Assembly: GCA_023920165.1 (NCBI GenBank) | Contig: CP089279.1 | Coordinates: 2,046,001-2,110,000 of the forward strand | Length of the DNA stretch: 64,000 nt | DNA from: Curvularia clavata | Taxonomy: Eukaryota | Reading direction: 5' to 3' | In this document: one piece after another, positions 1 through 11,900 of the stretch | How positions within the stretch are numbered: position 1 is the first letter of the stretch | How the letters are laid out: every line of letters starts with the position of its first letter | The notes under the pieces: model-generated | Database searches by the model: none | What the model was told of the DNA's origin: nothing | The model's input: only the letters and a program-made list of their open reading frames with translations | Translations under genes and position numbers: made by a program

Positions 1-1365
1 TTTTACTCGATTATTGCACACGCGAGGACTGCCACTGGAACTCCTTATCCTAAAACCTAACTCTTCGTGACTAGACTGCCAAACTTGAGCATTCCCAGTA
101 TACTTCACTTTGGAGAGACTTCGCTAAAGACCTAATTAAGAAGACTCCAAACTCCCGTTTCTCATTACACAAAGGTTAGTGCTTAGATGCAAATTTGCGC
201 GTGGTCACATCATTGCCTCGGGATGTAGCGTGTTCTCACATCATCTCCTTCCGGGTAAATATCCTACAATTTCGCCCAAGAAGTGGAAAAGTACAACACC
301 ACCCCAATGACACAATTTTCTACACACATCATCCAATCATGCCGATGTACAGTATTACTCCCAGCCCTAGACTCCAAACTCTCTCACCCCATTCTAAACC
401 GAATAGCCAAATACCCAAACCAACCTCAGCGAGTGCCATCTCTTATTCACTACACGCTATTCACTCAATTCGATTCAGCAAAAGATAAAACTATGCTCAT
501 TTGAGCAACAGTATTCTGATTTTTTGATCTCCTGGTTGAAGTATTTTGAAAATGTTACTTATTTGATAGATATTTTGGTCCATATATCATACCTCCGGGT
601 GCTGTTACAGCACTCGAGTCAGAGAAACTCTATGCCAGTATATGCGGTTCAGGACTGAGCTCGCCCACTTCCATTACGTTCACTAGTCCGTGTTTGTGAC
701 GATGATGGAACAACCACTTCTCATGTCCAGTGGGAAAACTGCAGAAAGATATGAGCTTCCTCAAAGACACAGTTTCGTCAAATTACCTTTGGTACCAGAC
801 CGCGTATTTCCCTTGCTTTCACATAATCAGAAGTCCGGGAGAGATAGATATTAAGCCTTATCTGCTGTATTGAAATACATCTAAACACCCTGGATACCCG
901 AACGTTTCTCTACGCCACGACTGAGCTTCATAACTTGCGCTTGAGGACGATTTTGTGGAAAACCACATATCGCGGGAGAGTGTGAGGTGGGATGAAAAGT
1001 CGATGCTTGATTTAAGTGCCGTAGTAAAGGTGTTATTGGGATGGGTTTGAGACATCAGTGCATAATCATTGCAAGTAGGCAGAGTAGGATATGAGGATGA
1101 GAATGAGGAGAGTTGGGTAAGGTATAGAAATTACAGCTGCAGGAATGGTTGGATTAGAGTAAACATGTTTTGATAAACCCGGAAAGGAAAAGAGGATGGA
1201 GATGTTTATGACATTCCAGTGAAGAGTCCAAAGCAAAAGGTCAAGACGTATGAATGCACACCCAAGTTATATGAGCATTACTCCAACATTTGGAAATATT
1301 TGTCAAGGATAAAATACTTTTTCAGGTTCATGGCACGGAAACAGACTATCTACTGAACCATTCCA

Positions 1366-2580
1366 CTACGCTGCTCTCTGTAGTTTAGATAACGTCGCCT
1401 TTCCAGCCCTGCTCTCATTCGGTCTTCCCAGCTGCTCCGAAATCCACTGGCCCACTTCTGCCAGTTTCTCGATATCCACACCAGTATTTGCTCCCAAGCT
1501 ATGGAAGCAGTGAACAAGGTCCTCAGTAGCCACGTTTCCAGTTGCACCGGGGCTGTACGGACAACCTCCCAGGCCACCCACTGCCGCGTCAAATGTGCGA
1601 ATTCCATGCTCAAGAGCGACGACCGAATTGACCAGCGCTTGGCCGTATGTGTCGTGGAAGTGAAGTGCAAGGTCGTTTTTGTCAACACCAGCAGCTTGCA
1701 AGGTCTTCAGAAGCTCCCTTGTCTTGGGTGCAGTGCCCATACCCGTGGTGTCTCCGACGGAGATTTCATCAGCACCCATCTCCAGTAGACTCACAGCCAA
1801 CTCTGCCACTTTGTGAGGGTCAACATTTGGACCTTCATACGGGCAACCGAGCGCAACCGAGATGTACGCGCGCACATTGAGATTCATTTCCTTTGCTTTT
1901 GCCATGATTGGCTCAAAGCGCTTAAGGGATTCCGCTATTGAGCAGTTTGTGTTCTTTTGAGAGAATGACTCGGTCGCTGCCGTGAATATCGAGACTTCGT
2001 GTATAGGCGACGATGCTTCGGCGTCGGAGGAGGCGGATGGCATAGCATTGGGATCGTTCGAGGACGTGTTCGGCGCTGGTCCATTATCCGTGCCTGGAGA
2101 CGGCGGCGGCGTCGGGTATGCGTCTTGAGGTGGCTGCGACTTGGATTGCCATGTGGAGAGGAAGTTGTCGAGTCCTTTGACGTTAGGCAGGAGCCATTGG
2201 TAGGTGATTGGTCGCGGTGAGGGCGGCGGATGAGAGAGCAAATGCTCGAGTATCTCAGCCGAATTGGCCATCTGGCTTCACGGTTAGCAGAGATTGCATA
2301 GCTTTGAAGATGATGCTCTCACCTGTGGGACCCATTTTGGCGCAACAAAGGAGCCGGCTTCGATGGTTGTCAATCCCGTCTTTGCCAACCTCTCCACGAG
2401 GTCTATCTTTGTCCCCAGCGGAATCGTCTGCTTCTCATTTTGCAACCCATCGCGTGGGCCGACTTCTACTATGCGAACGTGGTCGGCGCGGCTAGAGGCG
2501 GCTGAAGCAAATGTCCGTCGAGGACACGGATGGCGCGCAGCGAGACGCGCAGAGCGAAGGCAAAGAAACTTGGAGGACAT
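1366..2580 (-). CDS. HMGCL: Hydroxymethylglutaryl-CoA lyase, mitochondrial; join(2580..2323, 2271..1366)
   Basis: Motifs [23 protein letters not shown] and [19 protein letters not shown]. Arg-rich N-terminal presequence (RRTFAS). 51-nt intron 2272-2322 GTGAG...GCTAAC...CAG joins KWVPQ to MANS. Confidence 0.93.
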
Positions 2581-4662
2581 TGCAATGACGGAGGGGTGTA
2601 TGGTACTTGGGTCGGATCAAACGAAAAGATACACAATGACGTGCATAGCTGTTAGACTGTTTGTGGGGTTGACGTTTGCGGGGATCTTTCATCGAGGTGG
2701 AGGCGAGCTTGCGCATGGACCACGTCTCCCACTATGCCGGCTTGGAGCTCCCAGCTGGAGAATTCGCACATGGCAAGAGCGTCTGCAAAGACCACGACTC
2801 TGCACAGCGTATGCAGTTTATCCTGGATTGCCGCTGTCAACCCCCTCTTGCCATGCAGCTTGGCAAGTGGACGGACTCTTATGGCCATGTCGAAATACGT
2901 CCCATGATTACGCATACATTTGTTATCGATTTTACGAGTACACTCGATTACAAATGCGTACTGATGTTTATGAGTCTACTGTCTATTCTGCTCGCAATCA
3001 TCTTCTTCTTCTTGATAAAGTGCATTGTTGAGACGCAAGAATCTCCTATAAAGGAATCGTCTGCGGAGCAAAGTGTCCATCTTGCCTTTGAATAAAGCAG
3101 AATGTTTGCAAGATTCATCTTGTCAAACAGTCTCCACCGCCTGCTGCTCCTCAGAATCCATAGTCGATGGCGACATTGTAGTGTCCACAAAATTTCATGG
3201 CGTTAACGCTTTGAAGTTGAAATTACCTGTGCATAGCATGCTGGACTAAGGCGTTTTGAGCTAGTCAGCCGAAACTTTGTGCAGCGCCGCCAGCCGTGTC
3301 CAATAGCTCTTTCACGTGCTATAAGCATCCATCTAGCAGATCTTCAAAGCTCGGTCAGACCCTGGCGAACAATACAAACGGCCCTTGTTTAGCAACGTCG
3401 GTTAGAGAAAAGCATCACATGTGCGCGTGCTCAACAGCCGAATGTATTCAGCCTTGAGGGGGAGAGCATTGACACTAGGGAGCCCTTGACCCAGTTGTAG
3501 TGGGTCCCATCGACGGTGCTGTCCGCTAGCGCAGGGTGGACGTGGACGAGGGAAACAGGGCGCTCCTCGGAGGACTGGAGTATTTTCTGTAGCCGCCGGT
3601 TGTTCAAGATCCTGCGCTTACCTAGATGCTAGCAAAGCGGTTCCCACAGAGGGGACCATTTGTGGTGATGATAATGATGATCCTCATCATTACTACACGA
3701 CGGAAACATGACTCGATTTAGTCGACCTCGGTCGCCGTGTGGCTATTTGAAGGGTCTGTTGTCGGACCGCGCCTGGTGGAAACCTGGCTCCGGGAAGCGA
3801 TGTCTGGACATTGTGGATGGCGCCGGGAGAATTGTTTCGGCGGAGATTAGGAGTGTAAATAGCAGTCGCAGACCGCTCGCTTGGAGCCAAGTCGCACGTT
3901 GTGTCAAAATTCGTCTAGTCGTAGGCAGCGGACACACTCCGACCCCCAAGCATTCTGAGTTTCAGAGTGTTAGTTTGGAAGCGTCGAGGGTAGCATAGTA
4001 ACCATGGCCTAGAAACAGCCATGTACAAGGCCGCAAATCTCCCCTTAGTGTCTTCGGGGTCTCACAAGTGCCGGGAGGTCGTCGTCCGGCGTTGAGATGG
4101 CCAGCATAGTTTATGTTTAGTATGCAGTATGCTGGCCACGGCCTGGAATGCATAGGCCCACTGGCTACGGCCAAAGGGCAAGGCGAGCAAAAGCGGCGTG
4201 GAAGGAGTGCAGCAGTGAGCAGATGCCAGACTGGCAAGGCGAAGTGGGCAAAGGCGTGCAGTCTGTTGTCTCGTATCCCCCCATATTCTACCCCGCGTGT
4301 GCAGATGCAAGCGCATTGACGAGGGACCTTTGGCTTCCCCAGGTACAGGCAGACGAAGGACTAGCGAGGGCGAGATGGGCTGGCCTAACAGGACGACAGC
4401 CGCCAGCTGACGGGAGTTTGGAGTTGCTTGTTACTTGAGACAAATCGTTGAGTGGTGGAGCGCTGGCAGCGTACCAAAGCAGCGCATGTCGCCGATGCAA
4501 GTGTGGCTTGGCGCTCACGTGCACACCTCTAGTCGCTCTAACCAAGGCCAGGCGGTGGTAATCGGTCAGGACGCAGTTCGCTGACGCGCTGCAGAGCCTG
4601 GCACACGGGTTTGACAACTGCCCACGCGCCCGCGCCGGCTCTCAGCAGCAACCACATGGACT

Positions 4663-4689
4663 ACTCGACTCGACTCGACTCGACTCGAC
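4663..4689. repeat. (ACTCG)5 pentanucleotide microsatellite
   Basis: actcgactcgactcgactcgactcgac read directly. Confidence 0.9.
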
Positions 4690-5016
4690 GCTTGTTCGCA
4701 GGTCACACTGGGCTGCCGGATCAGCGCTGCCGCGGCGACCTGAGGCTCTTTGCGAACGGTTCGGCGCGCAATCACGCTCGACTCTGGCCCAGAGGTCCGC
4801 TGTGGCGATGCTCTCTTTGAGCACTGCAGACGACTGCAAAGAAGGCTGTGGCCGTGGGGGTGCCAGGGCAGATGGCGATGGTCATATCGCTCTCTCATCA
4901 GGCCCGCATGGCTGTTATCACGGCGGTCCCACAAGAACGGTTTGTGCCAAGGCCATGCACGACCGGCAACCGACAGACAGGCAAGCTGGCAGACAACTAG
5001 CTAGCTAGCAGACAAG

Positions 5017-5044
5017 CACACAGACACACAGACACACACACACA
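5017..5044. repeat. Imperfect (CA)n microsatellite
   Basis: cacacagacacacagacacacacacaga. Confidence 0.8.
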
Positions 5045-6324
5045 GAAGAACCGCCAGCTGCTGTGGCTGTCGCCCGGGTTTCCAATGACGGCCCCCTGGC
5101 CATTTCGTGCAGCGCTGCATCATGCCATCATCCACACGAGTGCGCCGTGGTCCTCGATGTCATCGCAATATCCGTGCCCGCCGTTTGGACCTCTCGCCCT
5201 GTGCCGTTGCGTGCATCACGGCTGTAATTGCATCACCCTCGCGGCAGATCGGAGCGTGCTGCTGCTGCTCCTGTTGTTGTACATGCACACACATACATAT
5301 GCACCTTTCAGGCAGGACTGCTGCGCCATGGGCTTCTGCGGGGTCCCCCTCGTCAAGGGGAGAGCCGTTTCGTCGGACAGGCGCACTCGCATCCTTACGT
5401 ACTCGTTCACGCCCTGGCTTGGCACAAGGCTGCTGGCGTCGATGGCGACGGCGAAGGCGGCGGCGGGCTTCGATGCTTCTTCGTCTCGGTCGGCTCCGTG
5501 ATGCCGCTTGTGTGCCGTCATTCGCCCGGAAGCCTTCCCTGCCTCTGCAAGTGCTGGACCTGACGCTATCAGCAGCGCGCGCGCTGGCGGTGCAGCTCCC
5601 ATCACCCAACCAACGCCCATTGAACGCCTTTCCCTCCCCCCGGCCGCCCGTGACGTCCTCTGAGTGGCTGGTCTCCATTAGCTGCTCCGACCTTAGCGGC
5701 CGGTAGCAGATCGGGGTGCGCTGGCCCTCCCATTGGTGGACCTTCCGTGGCGTCCAGCCCTCTCCGTCGTGCAGCAGGCCACTGTCGCCATGCTCCGTTC
5801 AAGCTTCTTGCCGGGGTGCCACCATTTTTCCACGATGTAACCCGACCTGGCTGTTGCCCGACCCTGTAATTCGCCCTCCCGGTGTGGGGTGCTGGTAGGG
5901 GTTGCCACTGCCAAAGCCTTGCCCGCTGCCAGAACATGCGGGCACCAGGCCTGCTCCCTGCAGGCCACATCCTTCATGCACATCTCTCAAGATGACCACC
6001 TCTTGTCTTAATATCCCTAGCCTCTGCTATGCCGCGGCATTTTGCAGCCTTCCTCCCTTGGCATGCGAAGTTGCCCTTGTCCGCTAGGGCCCTGACCTTA
6101 TCAGACGGGGACCAAGCTTCCTTTACCCAGGCCTAGTCGAGGCCAAAATAATACTTACCCACCGTGACGCGCTTCTTCTATGCTCCATTGAGCATTGTCG
6201 CCTCCCTTCACTGTCTTGTCTATTCTATTTCCACAAACCTCGCCATACACGCTCCACATCCTGCAGATGCAACATTGCAGTGTACCCCAATAACAAACAC
6301 TCTACCTCTTTCAATCTCGTCCTT

Positions 6325-6352
6325 CCTCTCTCTTTCTCTCTCTCTCTCTCTC
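6325..6352. repeat. (CT)n microsatellite just upstream of the acr-2-like ATG
   Basis: ctctctctttctctctctctctctctct. Confidence 0.85.
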
Positions 6353-6361
6353 TTTCTCATC

Positions 6362-8998
6362 ATGGCCGTCTCACCCACCACTACCATCTCCCAACCTGTC
6401 GAGGCAGAGAAAGCCCAAGGCACAACTACCAACACCACCAACACTACCACCGCCGCTGTCACAGTCAACAACACCACCACCACCTCTGCCGCTGCTGCCC
6501 CAAGGAAACGAAGAAGAAGAGCCCCCGCTACTGGAGCCACCGAGGACTGCTTTTCATGCAAGAAGCGCCAAGTCAAATGTGACCGACGCCGTCCCTACTG
6601 TGGCCAATGTGTCGAGATTGGCAAAGAATGCTCGGGCTACCGCACTACTCTGACCTGGGGTGTGGGCGTGGCCAGCCGTGGAAAGCTTCGAGGCATGTCT
6701 TTGCCCGTTGCCAAATCCCCACCCTCAACCGCCACACAGGAACCAAAGACACAACGGATGAACTCCATTGCTTCAACCAGCACCTCATCTGTCTCCAGCT
6801 CCCACCAAGACCAACATTCCTTCAGCCACCGGGCCAGTATCGACTTTGGTGCTCACTCTCCAAGGAGTCCCACCAGTCCCGTTTACTCAACGCCACAGGA
6901 ATACCAGTACTTCAGCCCTACCAGCCCAATACCCATACCCAGCCCCTCGACTCCCATGGGCTTCCCCATGCAGCAACACAGGGACCAGTTCGAGTTCTTG
7001 CACCCACAGGCTTCCAAGTTCAGGCATCACCAACCCCACCGAGGCCCCCTCCAAAGGTTACAAACCACGCTCCACGTACCTTTCGAGGACAATGGCATGT
7101 CGGCTTCATCTGCATCTCTGGGCACCTACAGCGACAGCGACTTCCCCTCCCCAAGCGAGTTCCCAAACACACCCGTCGATGAGTTTCCGTTTGCAGACCC
7201 CTCCATGCCACGGTACCCATCATACGACCACGCACCCATGAACTCCTTGGACAGCTACTTCCTTAACGAAGCTCCCCGCTCATTGCCCATGGGCGATGAC
7301 ATGAGTTCGAGCGTAAGCTCGGACCAAAGTCTTCACGACTACGCTGAAGTCGGCACCGCCCCACAAAGCATGGGCCCCATCGTCTTTCAAGATGTTTTTA
7401 CAGAGGGAGAGATGAGCTCGAATTTCAACGGATTCCAGCCTGGTTTTTCCTTTCTCCCGTCGGAGGGTATGTCTTCCTATGGCTCTGGCCCCCTGTCTCA
7501 AGACGTACTGTCGCTCACCACTTCTATTCCTCAGAGTCTTACCCTCGCTTCGCCTCTTTCCCCGCGGATGCTATACCTGCTGGACTACTACGACAAATTT
7601 ATATGCCCGGTGTTGGTGGCTTTTGATAGCCCGCAAAACCCGTACCGGATGCACATCATACACTTGGCCATGCGGAACGAGGAGCTACAGAACGCCATTG
7701 GCGCCTTGGCTACGAACAACATGCGCATGCGCGGCGGTATTGAGGGGCGCCGCCTTAGCGCGCTCCATGACACACGGCTGATACCAGAGCACGCCTACTC
7801 ACAAATGACGACCAAAGAATTGCGCGAGATGCACGGCGAAGCCACTGACGAGGAGAAGCACTACAAGGCCAACTCGATTACTCTGCTTAATAAGAAGCTG
7901 GTTGACTACGATGGCTCGCAGGACGACTCTGTACTCGCCACGCTTCTTATTCTCTGCCTTTTCCACGTCTGCGACTCTGGCTTCACAAAGTTCAAAACGC
8001 AGCTCGCAGGGGTACAAAAACTGCTGAGCTTGCGCGACAGGAGCATTCAGTCGGAGTTTGTTGGGTGGATTGAGACCTTTTTCACTTGGTTCGATGTCAT
8101 GACCGCAGCTGTCAACGATCGCGAGATTGAAGTTCGTGGTGACTCGCTCGACATGATGAACCTGAGTGCCAATTTGGGCGCGCTAGAGCATCACTCTGGT
8201 TGCGAGGGACGACTCTTCAAGCTCATTGCACGGCTGGGAAGACTCAACCTGCTTAGTCAAAACCGGCCTGTACGCGACAACGACGACACGCCCACCTCAT
8301 CGCCGCGACCTAGAAAAGCCAAAGATTTCTATTCATTCAGTTTCGATAACATGGATGGCAACGGTTGGGGCACGCCTATCAACGACCAGGTTGATCCCTT
8401 TAGCTCGGCGCGCGATGATCCCCGCTCTGCCTTTTGGACAGAGTGGAATGATCTTCGAAGCCGACTGCAAGAGTGGGAGTTTCCGTCACCTGGCGAAGTG
8501 CATTCGACTTCCTGCGACGCAACATCGTCGATGCTCGTCATGTCTCCCGAGCAAGCGGCGCTTCTTCATATTAGTGAGAGTTTCCGCTATGCAGCGCTTC
8601 TCTACACTGAGCGCCTAGCCCAGCCAACGCTGCCTCCATCATCACTCAACTTCCAGAATCTGGTAGCTCAAGGTCTCTATCACATTTCGCAGATTGGCAT
8701 GACAAGTTGCGTCAACAAGTTTCTACTATGGCCACTCTTCATCATTGGTACAGAGTGCGTGGATCCTGAGCACCGTGCTGTTGTGCGACAGCGGTGTGTC
8801 GAGATCCAACGCGAGAGTGGTTTTTTCAACAATCTCAGCGGTCTGGAAGTGCTCGAGCGCGTCTGGCGGGAAGACGACGAATGGTCAGATGGTGATATGC
8901 ACGTGCCACGACAAAACGGGCCTTTTAGCACAGTGCAGCATCCGTTCCGATGGAGACGAGCAATGGATCGCGTGGACGGAGAGTATATTGTCATTTGA
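6362..8998 (+). CDS. acr-2: Zn(II)2Cys6 transcription factor with C-terminal Fungal_trans_2-type domain, Acr-2-like
   Basis: CFSCKKRQVKCDRRRPYCGQCVEIGKEC binuclear cluster, preceded by NLS RKRRRR and followed by LTWGVGVASRGKLRG as I recall for Acr-2 family proteins. C-terminal LLWPLFIIGTEC...WRRAM motif. First in-frame ATG is 6362 (the ORF track starts at GTG 6164). Confidence 0.85.
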   Translation: MAVSPTTTISQPVEAEKAQGTTTNTTNTTTAAVTVNNTTTTSAAAAPRKRRRRAPATGATEDCFSCKKRQVKCDRRRPYCGQCVEIGKECSGYRTTLTWGVGVASRGKLRGMSLPVAKSPPSTATQEPKTQRMNSIASTSTSSVSSSHQDQHSFSHRASIDFGAHSPRSPTSPVYSTPQEYQYFSPTSPIPIPSPSTPMGFPMQQHRDQFEFLHPQASKFRHHQPHRGPLQRLQTTLHVPFEDNGMSASSASLGTYSDSDFPSPSEFPNTPVDEFPFADPSMPRYPSYDHAPMNSLDSYFLNEAPRSLPMGDDMSSSVSSDQSLHDYAEVGTAPQSMGPIVFQDVFTEGEMSSNFNGFQPGFSFLPSEGMSSYGSGPLSQDVLSLTTSIPQSLTLASPLSPRMLYLLDYYDKFICPVLVAFDSPQNPYRMHIIHLAMRNEELQNAIGALATNNMRMRGGIEGRRLSALHDTRLIPEHAYSQMTTKELREMHGEATDEEKHYKANSITLLNKKLVDYDGSQDDSVLATLLILCLFHVCDSGFTKFKTQLAGVQKLLSLRDRSIQSEFVGWIETFFTWFDVMTAAVNDREIEVRGDSLDMMNLSANLGALEHHSGCEGRLFKLIARLGRLNLLSQNRPVRDNDDTPTSSPRPRKAKDFYSFSFDNMDGNGWGTPINDQVDPFSSARDDPRSAFWTEWNDLRSRLQEWEFPSPGEVHSTSCDATSSMLVMSPEQAALLHISESFRYAALLYTERLAQPTLPPSSLNFQNLVAQGLYHISQIGMTSCVNKFLLWPLFIIGTECVDPEHRAVVRQRCVEIQRESGFFNNLSGLEVLERVWREDDEWSDGDMHVPRQNGPFSTVQHPFRWRRAMDRVDGEYIVI

Positions 8999-11900
8999 TC
9001 TCCTTTGGGCTTGCTGGACTTCAAGCTACACAAAGGCTATGACGAAGAAACGTGCATGAAAATAACATTATGATGGGGGGTTTTGGGCATGGGGTGGGAT
9101 GGAAAAGGTAATGATGGTTTTTTTTCCTTTTGCGTAGCGATGTCACGAAGGCCGATATCCCTGGCTCTGTTGCAAGATGTAATGTACTCAGCAAAGAAAA
9201 GCCTTGCAAATGCATGCTTAGATGCACTGTAAATGAATTCAACAACTGTATTATTAGCCTGACTCAACGCTCTTACTCTTCCCTTCTGCCTGACAGTGAT
9301 GGCGAGCTGGCTGGCTGGCTATGTGTCCCGGTCTCGTCGGGAGCCGAGCTGCAAGATGGGCCCACACCGGAAGAGGGTTGAAGCTGATCATCCCCGGATC
9401 GTGATACTGCGCCCGCATCGCACATGCGTCCCCACGCCCCCTGCGAGGCTGTGCAAGTGACCATGACACCCCTCTTCCTCCATGGAGGCCGCACGCAATG
9501 GTTACAAATGCTGTTACACAGGATTTGCCGGTCAGCGATTACATATGGTGCATGGTGACGCAGATCCGTCGTGCTGCGGCATGCTCTGTGTGTTATGTGT
9601 GGACGTGGGCTAATGGCTGGGGCGTTCGATGGCGCCGTGTTGGAACTGGTAGCCGACGCCACATTGTAACGTCTGATGGCGAGCGAATCGCAGCAAACGG
9701 CAGCCGTCGCCCGCCATCGTCGTCGATTCTTGGCCCGGGTCCTTGAGATCGTCAATGAAGGGGAATGTGTGTGGGGCCAGTCACGATGCACAAAAGGGTA
9801 AGCTGGGCCGTTCCAGCTGATCCGGCTCGCATCATGTCAGCGACAAGGTGTTTGCGACCCCTTCCAGGGTTTGACAAGGGGGATCACACACCGGTCGTGA
9901 TCCTTTTTTTTGGCCTTCCTTTGGAGGCTGAGATTCAGGCAAAGTACGGGCTGTAGTAGGATCGTGATTAGTCGGGTATCCTTAGAGGGGAGAAGGAACC
10001 AAGGCGGGGCACGAGCTCTATCCGGAGCCGCCACAAAACGAACACATCCATCTCTTCCACGGAACTCAAATCCACCCGCGCGTAGGCATACTACGGCGCA
10101 AGAAGGGACCCACCCTATCTCGTGCCCTCGTCTACAAGGTCCATTCGGTCGTTTTTTGTTTCGGAATATGGTAGGTTTGCCGTACTCAACAATAATTTCC
10201 TTTGTGAGGCTGATAGAGAGATGAGAAGACGTGTGTGCCTGAAAGCAGGGAGATAGTGGCCTCGTACAGAGGCGCAGCACGCACTCTTACTCGCTCGCTG
10301 TCTCCGCGCGCTCAGCTCTGTTAACCGCCCGCCTCCCCACCTAGAAAAACAAAAGATCTACGGTGATCTCTGCCAGGTACCGAGACTCATCAACCACCCA
10401 TCTCTGGTACTTGCGCGGGCGCCATTGGAATCCAGGCACACGAACGGTGGGAGCCTCGGTAGCATGTGCAAGTTTCTTTGGTTCGCGCCCCATGTCTGGC
10501 CTCGTTTCTATATCGATGATCTCTTTAGCGACATATAGGCCCGCGATTCTTATTTTTGCGGGGGTGGAATGTATTAAGGACGTATGAGTACTAGTACTGG
10601 ATACCTTACCTAAACAAACATTACCAGGGGAAGAGAGAAAGTGGGGAGGGGGGTAAAGAGGGGGGAGCACTTCCTTTGATTCATGTGGAACGGGGCAAGG
10701 TACCAGAAAGAGAGAAGCGAGCTGATGGGCATACACACTGCTCACTCCTTCAATTGTCGGTTGCGTGCGTACCCCTCCACCCCCCCTACAGGCTTTCTAA
10801 GATTCAGGAGTGAAGACGAGCGAGGGGGCTCAGCATCATCGCATTGTTGAACTAAACCATCCAATCTCCGTAGCCGAAAAGGGGTTTCAGCCAACAAGCG
10901 AAACATACAGGGCCAAGATTGTTTCGGCAACAGCGCTGGCACTGGTAGACTTCGGTGAAGTGCGGGCATTTCATTTCCCAAACTAGGCGACCAATTGCCG
11001 ACGAGAACGTGCAAAGGCGTTTACGTTGCTTTCGAGGCGCGCCTTAAAATAGTTGGCATCGTGGCAAGTTTGTTTGACGGGAAGAAAAAGCACCGCGTTG
11101 CCGTAACGGAATGACCGAGTGGCTGGCTTGGGCTCGTTGATAGCCGTAAAGATCTTCAAAACTAAAAAAAGGGGGGCTGCGTGTGCAGTGGTGACCCGTA
11201 AACCAGTTACCTGCGTGTACAAGAGGGTTGTTTTGACGGATTACATTGGAGAGTACACACGCCAGACGACCACAGAAGGTTTCTTGGCAGACTCGGGCCG
11301 GCCGTCCAAGACCCCAATCATGCCATGGCTCTAGCGCACAAAAGGGTTCGTCTCTGTCCTTTCAATGTCTCGCATTTGTAGATCCGGGGAAGCAATCTCG
11401 TACGTAACACCAGGTAATTCGCTGTCATGTGGGGGACCAAGTGACATTGCCGCCAAAAACAGGCGTCCGTACATACAGTGCATGCTCGTACTGCTTTGTC
11501 CAAACATGCACGTTTGTTGTGCCAATTTCCATACTTTACTCTTACATACATGAAAAACGAGTCAGGGCTATTGCGAGTCAACATGGGGGGAGTAAGGCGC
11601 TTAGGACCAAGGCCTGTCTGCCTCATGACGAAGTAGCGTTTCGGGGCGGGCCATTCCAAAAAATCCGCAAAAAGGCCCGAAAAAGGCAGCGCGCTTCGGT
11701 AATTGTGAGCCTTAGGGAAGTAGACAGCCGTTGAACAAAGTGTTTATTTATTCCGCTGTTTGGCCGAATGACGCAATGAAGGAAGAAGAAAAAAATCAGA
11801 TAACGTGTCTGACAATGTTTCACGGCGAACGCCGAATGCATTATCGCAATGTCAATGTTGACCAGGAAGTTGCGTGTTTCCTTCTCGACATGTCATTATC

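Noticed and set aside
1..1300. Transposon relic or degenerate inverted repeat (about 240-260 versus 1175-1200) in an AT-richer stretch
   Set aside because: The match is short and weak, there is no transposase or RT motif, and stop density in the best frame is not clearly below chance.
2600..6100. Many 60-200 aa ORFs in GC-rich intergenic DNA (also 9000-11900 and 57400-58700) and antisense ORFs inside real genes
   Set aside because: No recognisable domains, they overlap in several frames, and they are expected from GC content and codon bias.
7467..7534. Cryptic 68-nt intron (GTATGT...GCTCAC...CAG) in acr-2 that would give a DNA-binding-only isoform
   Set aside because: The ORF is intact without it and such signals arise by chance. 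It needs RNA-seq support.
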